A stretch of DNA of 64,000 bases, taken from contig OY762911.1 in the NCBI GenBank assembly GCA_963666565.1, forward strand, positions 2,272,001-2,336,000. Reading direction: 5' to 3'. Shown piece by piece: positions 57,052-64,000 of the stretch; positions within the stretch are counted from its first letter, which is position 1; each line of letters starts with the position of its first letter. This DNA comes from Thermoanaerobaculia bacterium (GTDB taxonomy: Bacteria > Acidobacteriota > Thermoanaerobaculia > Multivoradales > Multivoraceae). Both the position numbers and the translations under genes were made by a program. The notes below the pieces were generated by a model. The model had not been told where the DNA came from. It ran no database searches and worked only from the letters and a program-made list of their open reading frames with translations.

Positions 57052-59036
57052 CGTGCGCCTTTGTTCCTTCGGGCGTCGCCGCCTTGCCGGCCGCCGTCGG
57101 CGAGGATTGCGGATTCGCGTTCGTCGAGGTGGCGGCTGAAGCCGGGATCGACTTCCGCCACGACGCGGGCGCCTCCGGCGGTCTGCACCTGCCGGAGACG
57201 ATGGGCGCCGGCGTCGCGTGGATCGACTTCGACGGCGACGGTTGGCTCGATCTCTACTTCGTGCAGTCGGGGCCGTTCCCGCCTGCCGGCGAGCGGGAAG
57301 GCGGGGCTGCCGACCGGCTGTTCCGCAACCTGGGGCCGGACGAGGCGGGGAAGTTCCGCTTCGTGCCGGTCGAGGCTGGCGGTTTGGCGAGCGGCTACGG
57401 CCAGGGCGTCGTCGCCGCCGACGTCGACGGCGACCGGGACTTCGACCTCCTCGTGTCGCACTGGGGGCCGACCGTGCTCCTGCGCAACGACGGCGCGGGC
57501 CGTTTCGCACCGCCGGAACCGCTGCCGGCGGGAGGTGCCCGCGGCGCACCGGCCGAATCCTCCTCGGCGGGAGACGCCGGCGGCGCACCGGCCGAACGGC
57601 TGCCGGCGGGAGGCGCCGAGGGCGCGCCGGATGAGTCGTTGCCGGCAACGGGCGCCGGCGGCGGGCCGGACGAGTTCCCCTGGGGCTCCTCGATGGCGCT
57701 CGCCGACGCGGACGGCGACGGCGATCTCGACCTCTACGTCAGCCGGTACCTCGACTACGACCCGGCGCACGGCCTGGACTGCCGGCGGGACGGGCCGGAC
57801 TCTCCGCCGGAGGTGTGCGACCCGTCGCTGTTCACGGGGCAGCGTGACCGCTACTACGCGAACCGCGGCGACGGCGCCTTCGAAGACGCGACGGAAGCCG
57901 CCGGGCTCGGCGGCGCCGACGGCAAGGGGCTCGGCGTTCTGTTCACGGATCTCGACGCGGACGGCCGGCCCGACCTTTACGTGGCGAACGACCTGACGCT
58001 GAACCTCCTGTTCCGCAACCGGGGCGACGGCACGTTCGAGGATCTTTCCCTGCTTTCGGGCGCCGCCGTCAACCGCAACGGCCGGCCCGAAGCGGGAATG
58101 GGGCTCGCCGCGGCGGACTTCGACCTCGACGGCGACCCGGACCTCGCGGTGACGAACTTCGACGTGGAGACGAACACGCTGTACCGCAACGCGGGGCCCG
58201 CGTCCGGCCTGCTGTTCGAGGACGTGTCCGCGACGACCGGCTTCGGCCAGCCGTCGTTCAACCTGCTGGGCTTCGGGATCGTGGCCGCCGATTTCGACCG
58301 CGACGGCGCGCTCGACGTCTACGTCGCGAACGGCCACATCTTCGCTTCGCCCAGGCGGGACAACACGGAGCACCGGCAGCGGAACCTGCTCCTGCGCGGC
58401 CACGCCGGCGACCGCGACGGCGGCGATGGCGGCGGCCGCGAGACCGACGGCCGCGAGACCGGCGGCCGCGAGACCGACGGCCGCGAGACCGACGACCGCG
58501 AGACCGACGGCCGCGAGACCGACGACCGCGAGGCCGGCACCCGCGAGACCGGCGGCCGCGCCGCCTTCGTCGAGGCGCGCTGCGGGTGGCTGGAGCGGCA
58601 CCTTCTGGTCAGCCGCGGCGCCGCGACGGCGGATTTCGACCTCGACGGCGACGCCGACCTGGCGGTGACGGCGAACGACGGGCCGGCCCGCCTGTGGCGG
58701 AACGACGCCGCCCCGTCGGCCGGCGCGGCGTGGCTGGGCGTCGAACTGCGCGGCGCGGCGCCCAACACCCAGGCGGTCGGCGCCGTCGTCACCGTCTCCG
58801 GCGGTGGTGGCGCGCCGCCGGCCCGGCGCTGGACGATCCGCGGCGACAGCTACCAGTCGTCGAGCGGCCACCGCCTGCGCTGGGCCCTCGCGCCGCCTCC
58901 GACGCCGACCGGCGATCCTCCCGCCGCCGGCGCCGACCGGACGCTCCTGCTCGACCTGCGCTGGCCCTCCGGCGCCCGCACCCGCGTCGTCGATCCGCCG
59001 ACCGGCGTCTACCTCGTCGTCGAGGAACGCCCATGA
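57000..59036 (+). CDS. CRTAC1 family protein (FG-GAP/VCBS repeats + ASPIC/UnbV), start approximate
   Basis: Repeated DxDGDGxxDL motifs, ETMGAGVAWIDFDGDG, YVAND, EAGMG, SRGAATADFD, NTQAVGA, YQSSS. Confidence 0.88.
   Translation: MLRSAVGCQSVVQVAVLTCAFVPSGVAALPAAVGEDCGFAFVEVAAEAGIDFRHDAGASGGLHLPETMGAGVAWIDFDGDGWLDLYFVQSGPFPPAGEREGGAADRLFRNLGPDEAGKFRFVPVEAGGLASGYGQGVVAADVDGDRDFDLLVSHWGPTVLLRNDGAGRFAPPEPLPAGGARGAPAESSSAGDAGGAPAERLPAGGAEGAPDESLPATGAGGGPDEFPWGSSMALADADGDGDLDLYVSRYLDYDPAHGLDCRRDGPDSPPEVCDPSLFTGQRDRYYANRGDGAFEDATEAAGLGGADGKGLGVLFTDLDADGRPDLYVANDLTLNLLFRNRGDGTFEDLSLLSGAAVNRNGRPEAGMGLAAADFDLDGDPDLAVTNFDVETNTLYRNAGPASGLLFEDVSATTGFGQPSFNLLGFGIVAADFDRDGALDVYVANGHIFASPRRDNTEHRQRNLLLRGHAGDRDGGDGGGRETDGRETGGRETDGRETDDRETDGRETDDREAGTRETGGRAAFVEARCGWLERHLLVSRGAATADFDLDGDADLAVTANDGPARLWRNDAAPSAGAAWLGVELRGAAPNTQAVGAVVTVSGGGGAPPARRWTIRGDSYQSSSGHRLRWALAPPPTPTGDPPAAGADRTLLLDLRWPSGARTRVVDPPTGVYLVVEERP
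58437..58556 (+). repeat. Intragenic 15-bp VNTR, 8 units (RETDG)
   Basis: CGCGAGACCGACGGC variants in tandem. Confidence 0.9.
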
Positions 59037-60868
59037 CGTCAAGCGGCCTCACACCGGGTGCGCCGGCGACCTCGCCGGCATCAGGCGCGATGCCGCGAAG
59101 CGGCGAGCCCGAGTCCCGCCGTCCGCGGCGAGCACCTTGTTCCGTAGCCGCCCTTCTTCTTGCCGTGTTCGCCTCGATGGCGGCAGCCACCTCGCCGCCC
59201 CTCGAGCCGACCCGCTTCACCCTCGACAACGGGATGACCTTCCTCGTCGTCGAACGCCCCGGCCGCCCCCTGGTGGCCGCCGTCTGGGCTGCGCGAGGCG
59301 GCTCGGCGTCTGACCCGCCGGGACGCCGCGGCCTCGCCCACGTCGTCGAGCATCTCCTCTACGCCGGCAGTCGGACGATCGGCGCCCGCGACTGGGACGA
59401 GGAGGCGCCGCTGCTCCGGCGCTGGGAGCGCCTGTACGAGCGGTCCGTGCGGCAGGGCGCCGCCGAGCCCGGCCTGGACGGGGTGGAGCAGCGGCTCGCG
59501 GCCCTTCAGCGGCCCGGCGCCTATGCCGGCGTCTACACGCGCGCCGGCGCGCTCGGCATCGACGCCTTCACCCGCCACGACTCGACCGCGTTCCAGGTCC
59601 TGACGCCGAAGGAGAAGATCGAACTCTGGTTCTGGATGGAATCCGACCGCCTGCTCGAACCGGTCTTCCGGGGCTTCCGGCGCGAGCTCGCGGTGGTCGA
59701 GCAGGAGCGCCGCCAGCGCATCGACTCGACGCCGGCCGGGACCTGGTTCGACCTCTTCGACGCCGCCTACTGGGGCGCCGGGCACCCCTACGCCCACTCG
59801 CCGGGCGGCGAGCGGCTCGAAGTCGCGCGCCTGCTGCCGGCGGACGCGCGTTCCCACTTCGAGGCCACCTACCGCCCCGACCGCCTGGTCGCGGTTCTCG
59901 TGGGCGACCTGACCGCGCCGCGCATACGAGAGCTGGCCGAACGCTACTTCGGAAGGCTCGAAGGCGGCCGCCAAAGTCAGCCGGATGCACGGGACTCCCG
60001 ACCCGCCGCCGCCGAAGGCGCTCGGGATCCGCTGGGTGCGCGGGTCTTCCGACCCGCCGCCGCCGAAGGCGCTCGGGAACCGCTGGGTGCGCGGGTCTTC
60101 CGACCCGCCGCCGCCGAAGGCGCTCGGGATCCGCTGGGTGCGCGGGTCTTCCGACCCGCCGCCGCCGAAGGCGCTCGGGATCCGCTGGGTGCGCGGGTCT
60201 TCCGACCCGCCGCCGCCGAAGGCGGCCAGGAACGTCCGGGCCCGCGGCAACGACCCGCTCCCGAAGCGAACGAAGCGCCAGCGACGCCCGGTCCCCCCGA
60301 GCCGGCGCTCGGATCCCTGGAAGGCCTCTGCGCCTGCCGCGGCCAGGTCGAGATCCGCTATCCCACCGTGCCGTTCGCGGCCGCCGGCGACGCGGTCGCG
60401 CTCGACGTCCTCGCCGGCCTGCTCAACGGCCGCTCGGGGCGCCTCTACCGCGAGCTCGTGGCGGGCGAGGGCCGGGTCGCCTTCGCGGCGTCGGCGGAGC
60501 ACGTGTCGCGGCGGCTCGGCGGCTACTTCGCGGTGCGGATCGAGGCAGGCGAGGGCGCGGTTCCATCGGAACTGGCACCCGCTTGGGACCGGCTGCTCGA
60601 GAGAGTGCGCGCCGGCGGCGTCGACGACGCGGAGCTCGAGCGGGTAAAGCGGCAACTCGCGACCGACTCCTGGCGTCAACTCGAACAGGACGTCGGCTTG
60701 GCGCACCGCCTCGCGGCGGCCGAGGCGCTCGGCGGCTGGCGCCAGTTGACGGAGTGGCTCGACGCCGCGGCGGCGGTCTCGGCCGCCGACCTGGAGCGGG
60801 CGATCGATCGCTACCTCCTCGGCGCCGAGCGGGCGGTTCTCTCCCTGACCCGGACCGGGGGACCCTGA
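59033..60868 (+). CDS. M16B (pitrilysin family) zinc peptidase, catalytic-type subunit
   Basis: FTLDNGM, GLAHVVEHL (HxxEH), MESDRL, QERRQR; ATG overlaps the upstream TGA. Confidence 0.85.
   Translation: MTSSGLTPGAPATSPASGAMPRSGEPESRRPRRAPCSVAALLLAVFASMAAATSPPLEPTRFTLDNGMTFLVVERPGRPLVAAVWAARGGSASDPPGRRGLAHVVEHLLYAGSRTIGARDWDEEAPLLRRWERLYERSVRQGAAEPGLDGVEQRLAALQRPGAYAGVYTRAGALGIDAFTRHDSTAFQVLTPKEKIELWFWMESDRLLEPVFRGFRRELAVVEQERRQRIDSTPAGTWFDLFDAAYWGAGHPYAHSPGGERLEVARLLPADARSHFEATYRPDRLVAVLVGDLTAPRIRELAERYFGRLEGGRQSQPDARDSRPAAAEGARDPLGARVFRPAAAEGAREPLGARVFRPAAAEGARDPLGARVFRPAAAEGARDPLGARVFRPAAAEGGQERPGPRQRPAPEANEAPATPGPPEPALGSLEGLCACRGQVEIRYPTVPFAAAGDAVALDVLAGLLNGRSGRLYRELVAGEGRVAFAASAEHVSRRLGGYFAVRIEAGEGAVPSELAPAWDRLLERVRAGGVDDAELERVKRQLATDSWRQLEQDVGLAHRLAAAEALGGWRQLTEWLDAAAAVSAADLERAIDRYLLGAERAVLSLTRTGGP
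59983..60235 (+). repeat. In-frame tandem array of REP-like element, 51-bp period, 5 units (first degenerate)
   Basis: Copies at 59983, 60034, 60085, 60136, 60187; encodes (PLGARVFRPAAAEGARD)n. Confidence 0.92.
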
Positions 60869-60871
60869 GCG

Positions 60872-62464
60872 GTGCGCCGGCTCTTCGAACCCGCGCCCGG
60901 CACGGTCGTGGCGCCTCTCGCCGCCGTTGCGCCGGTCGCTGCCGTCGCGCCCGTCGCCGTCATGGCGATCATCGCGGCCGTCGCCGTCGTAGCGTCGCCG
61001 TTCGCCGTGCCGGCCGCGGCGCAGCCGCGTCCGGAGATTCCGGAGCGGCCCGAGGAACTGGAGTTCCCGCCGTCGACCTTCGAGCCGCCGCCCGTCGCCG
61101 GGTTGCGCTTCGAACTCGGCAACGGCCTGCCGGTCTACGTCGTTCCCGACCGCATCCTGCCGCTCGTCGACGTCGTGCTGGCGCTGCCGGTCGGCGACCG
61201 GAACGAGGGTCCGGGCGAGGACGGACTGGCCTCGATGACGGCGGCGATGGCGCGCCGCGGCGGCGCCGGCGAACTCGGCCCCGAGGACCTGGACGACGAG
61301 ATCGACGCCCTCGGCGCCCGCGTCGTGACGAGCAGTTCCTGGTCGCGCACCGTGCTCGCGCTCGACTGCGGCTCGGACGCCCTCGGCCGGGGCCTGGAAC
61401 TCCTGGCGTCCATCCTGTTCGAGCCGCGGTTCAGCGAGGAGCGGCTGGCCCGGGCGAAGGAGAACCTCCGCGTCAGCCTGCTGGCGGCGGCCGACGACCC
61501 GCGGACGGTCCTCGAACGGGAGTGGCTGCGTCTGGTCCACGGGCCCGGTTCGCCGCGCAGCCGCCGCCTGACGGAGGAGTCCGTCGCGGCGTTCGACCGC
61601 GACGCTCTGGCCGGGTTCCACCGGCGACACTGGCGCCCCGAGGGAGCGGTGATCGCCGCCTCGGGCGACGTCGACCCGGAGGCGCTGGTGGCGCGTCTCG
61701 AGGAGCTGTTCGGCGGTTGGGGAGCTTCCGCCGGTCCGGACGCCGGCCCGGCCGCGAGCGGGCGTTCCGCGGCGCCCCGACAGCCGGCGCCGGCCCGCGC
61801 CGCTTCGCCGGGCTCGTGGACGATCGACCGTCCAGACCCGCAGGCCGCGATCGCGCTAGGACACCGCGGCGCCGTCTTCGACTCCTGGGACGACTCCGAG
61901 CGTTGGGCCCTGATGCTCCTGACGGAGGTGCTCGACGGCCCGGGCGCGGTGTCCCGGTTGCGCTCCAGGCTGCAACTCGAGGAGGGGCTCACGTACCGGG
62001 TGTTGACGTACTTCGATCTCGACGTGGCGCCGGTCGCCTCGTCGTTGCCGCATCAGGTCGGGGGCGAGTTCCGCGTCTTCCTGGAGACGGCCCCCGAGTC
62101 GGCCGCGGCCGCCGCCGCCGCGGTGCTGGAGGAACTCGGCCGGCTCCGGCGGGACGATGTGTCCGCGGCCGAGATCGCCACCGCTCGGGAGTCGCTGCTG
62201 GCGCGCCTGCCGCTGCTCTTCGACCGTGCCGAGTCGGTCGCCGGCCGCTACGCGGAGGACGAGCTGCTCGGCCGTCCTCACGAGTACTGGGCGGTGTATC
62301 GGGAGCGGCTTCTCGCGGTGACGGCGGCGGACCTCCGGCGCGTGGCGACCCGATTTCTCGACCCGGAGGGGGTCGCGGTGCTCGCGGTTGGCGACCTGGC
62401 CGCGATTCGATCCGGCCGAGGGCCGGACTGGCAACGCCTGCCCGCCAGCGGCGCGCCCGACTGA
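60872..62464 (+). CDS. M16B peptidase non-catalytic partner subunit
   Basis: ELGNGLPVYVV, GLASMTAAM (no HxxEH), SRLRSRL..EEGLTY. Confidence 0.8.
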   Translation: MRRLFEPAPGTVVAPLAAVAPVAAVAPVAVMAIIAAVAVVASPFAVPAAAQPRPEIPERPEELEFPPSTFEPPPVAGLRFELGNGLPVYVVPDRILPLVDVVLALPVGDRNEGPGEDGLASMTAAMARRGGAGELGPEDLDDEIDALGARVVTSSSWSRTVLALDCGSDALGRGLELLASILFEPRFSEERLARAKENLRVSLLAAADDPRTVLEREWLRLVHGPGSPRSRRLTEESVAAFDRDALAGFHRRHWRPEGAVIAASGDVDPEALVARLEELFGGWGASAGPDAGPAASGRSAAPRQPAPARAASPGSWTIDRPDPQAAIALGHRGAVFDSWDDSERWALMLLTEVLDGPGAVSRLRSRLQLEEGLTYRVLTYFDLDVAPVASSLPHQVGGEFRVFLETAPESAAAAAAAVLEELGRLRRDDVSAAEIATARESLLARLPLLFDRAESVAGRYAEDELLGRPHEYWAVYRERLLAVTAADLRRVATRFLDPEGVAVLAVGDLAAIRSGRGPDWQRLPASGAPD

Positions 62465-62475
62465 CGGTCGTCACG

Positions 62476-62528
62476 TGTTCTTGGCCGCCTCCGGCGGCAG
62501 CCGGCCAGAAGGCCGGCGCACCGACAGG
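62476..62528 (-). repeat. Stem-variant REP-like copy (GGTGC-GCCGGCC-TTCT-GGCCGGC) with tail
   Basis: Same head, tail and GACAGG flank as the copies at 40555/40652. Confidence 0.7.
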
Positions 62529-62555
62529 GCGGCTCGTTCCCCAGGCGCCGCCGCG

Positions 62556-62867
62556 TCAGGCCTGCTTTGCCTCGGCGGCCGCCGGCCGGCCTGAGCGGAC
62601 GGCCGCGATGAACTCCCAGGCTCGGGGCAGCGCCATGATCGCGACCCCGATGCCGATGGCCCAGCCCGCGGTCAGAACCGTGGCGTGCAGCGCGGCGATG
62701 TCGGCCGTCAGCGACGTCTCAAGCGCCGCGATCTCACCGCGGAGCGACGTCTCAAGCGCCGCCATTTCACCGCGGAGCGACGTCTCAAGCTGAGCGAGGT
62801 CAGCCTTCGTGGCGAGGTGCTTGTACGCTTCTTCAAGAGCCGCGACGCGTTCGTCGACCGAATTGAT
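62556..62867 (-). CDS. Small LATKAD coiled-coil/TM protein, paralog 3 (apparent ATC start or mutated start)
   Basis: AAAGGAGGGCGTC-ATC-AAT-TCG... gives INSVDERVAALEEAYKHLATKADLAQ(LETSLRGE.AA)n...TM; homology extends 34 codons upstream of the ORF-track ATG. Confidence 0.65.
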   Translation of the reverse strand: MNSVDERVAALEEAYKHLATKADLAQLETSLRGEMAALETSLRGEIAALETSLTADIAALHATVLTAGWAIGIGVAIMALPRAWEFIAAVRSGRPAAAEAKQA

Positions 62868-63033
62868 GACGCCCTCCTTTCGGGGCGGCGACAGTCTAGC
62901 CGACTGGCGCCGCTGCCGGCAGCCCCCGTCTCCGGTTGGAACGCGTACCAGCCGAACCGGAAGGCGACGCGGTAGGCTGGCTCGCGGGCCGGGCCTGCCG
63001 GGCGGCGGTCCATACCGGACGAGAGGGGGTCCC

Positions 63034-64000
63034 GTGCTTTCGTTGACCGTGAGCAGCGTCGATTCGATGTCGCCAGCGGCCGGACGCCATGCAAGGCGCG
63101 TGTTGCCGGTCCTGTGTCTGCTGCTGTTCGCAGCCGTGGCTCACGGTCAGCAGTTCGCGAGGCTCGCGTCCGGCGCCGCCGCCGATGACCGGAGTGCCCC
63201 TGCCCGCGCGGCCGGAACGGCGATCGTCGTCGACCGGGACCTGGTGCGTTCGGACCCGCAACGGCTTGAGCTCCAGGGGACGGACGGCCGGATCCTGGTC
63301 GCCGAGCGGAGCGTGTTCGAGGATCGGGGAGACGGCAACGTCATGTGGGCCGGCCGGTTCCCCGGCGCGAGCTACGACAGCGTCGTGCTGACCGTGCACG
63401 ACGGCTACCTGCAGGGCATGTTCGGCGAACCGGAACGGGCGCCCCACTGGATTCGCGCCGGCCCGGACGGCCTGGGCCGGCTGGACCGGCCCGTCGACCG
63501 CGGACCGGAGGGCGGCGCCGAGTTCTGCGCCGGAGGCGTCGTTGCCAACGCGCCGGCGCCGGGCGCCGCGGTCGCGGCGAGTCGCGCCGACCCGCCGGCC
63601 GCGGTAGTCGGCGAATCGAACCACGATCGCATCGACATCCTCGCGCTCTACACCGTGAAGGCCGCCGAGGTCTGGGAAGGCCTCGGCTACGGTCCGCCGC
63701 GGGCGGCGATTCAGGCGGCGATGGACTTCCTGAGTCTGGTCTTCCGTAACAACTCGATGCCGGCGACCGCCCGGCTGGTCCACGTGGCGGAAGCGCCGGC
63801 GGCCCTCGACGGTCCCGAGGTTCTCCTGAACCGGCTCTCGGACACGCGGGAGGTGGTGGAACTCCAGGCGCAACACGGGGCGGACCTCGTTCACCTCTTC
63901 ACGGGCGAGCACTACCGGGATCTCCGCTATTGCGGCATCGCTTGGCTGCTCACCCGGGTTGGCGAGAGGGACGGCTTCTCGCGCGCCCATGGCGTGACCG
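63034..64000 (+). CDS. Secreted reprolysin-like (M12B/M72-type) metallopeptidase, N-terminal part; runs off the window; not in the ORF track
   Basis: Manual translation: signal VLPVLCLLLFAAVAHG-QQ; prodomain with a Cys (EFCAGG); RIDILALYT, GADLVHLFT..YCGIAW. Start could be GTG 63034 or ATG 63067. The HExxH motif would lie beyond the window. Confidence 0.7.
   Translation, partial: MLSLTVSSVDSMSPAAGRHARRVLPVLCLLLFAAVAHGQQFARLASGAAADDRSAPARAAGTAIVVDRDLVRSDPQRLELQGTDGRILVAERSVFEDRGDGNVMWAGRFPGASYDSVVLTVHDGYLQGMFGEPERAPHWIRAGPDGLGRLDRPVDRGPEGGAEFCAGGVVANAPAPGAAVAASRADPPAAVVGESNHDRIDILALYTVKAAEVWEGLGYGPPRAAIQAAMDFLSLVFRNNSMPATARLVHVAEAPAALDGPEVLLNRLSDTREVVELQAQHGADLVHLFTGEHYRDLRYCGIAWLLTRVGERDGFSRAHGVT

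Noticed and set aside
59983-60235. CRISPR-like appearance (palindromic repeat at regular spacing); likewise at 45144-45223
   Set aside because: The intervening sequences are identical rather than unique spacers, the array is in frame within a CDS, the same repeat is dispersed elsewhere, and there are no cas genes in the window.
62896-63990. 364-aa minus-strand ORF
   Set aside because: Antisense shadow of the truncated plus-strand metallopeptidase.

Overview
Very GC-rich bacterial DNA from a diderm organism (it encodes outer-membrane beta-barrels). The gene mix (CRTAC1/ASPIC, ThuA, sulfatase, giant FN3/Ig surface protein, small LATKAD coiled-coil genes) suggests an Acidobacteriota-like, possibly host-associated lineage; this is inference only. 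About 40% of the window is one 25-kb gene (12990-38033, minus) for an 8347-aa repeat-built autotransporter-type surface protein. The flanks carry ordinary metabolic and envelope genes: an ImuA/RecA-like gene, ABC exporter, LLM oxidoreductase, MMPL, crotonases, thiolase, SDR, peptidases, sulfatase, phosphatase, folP-folB fusion and folK. The most unusual signal is a dispersed ~24-bp REP-like hairpin element (GGGTGC-GCGGGTC-N4-GACCCGC). It has about 26 copies, forms inverted doublets and tandem arrays, shows stem-swapped variants that keep pairing, and sits in frame inside at least five apparently intact genes. Other observations: a second CTAG-anchored repeat family, a 179-bp long-range hairpin, a hairpin burying the giant gene's Shine-Dalgarno, five likely leaderless genes, and three paralogous small tail-anchored coiled-coil genes. 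I recognised no tRNA, rRNA, CRISPR array or transposase.
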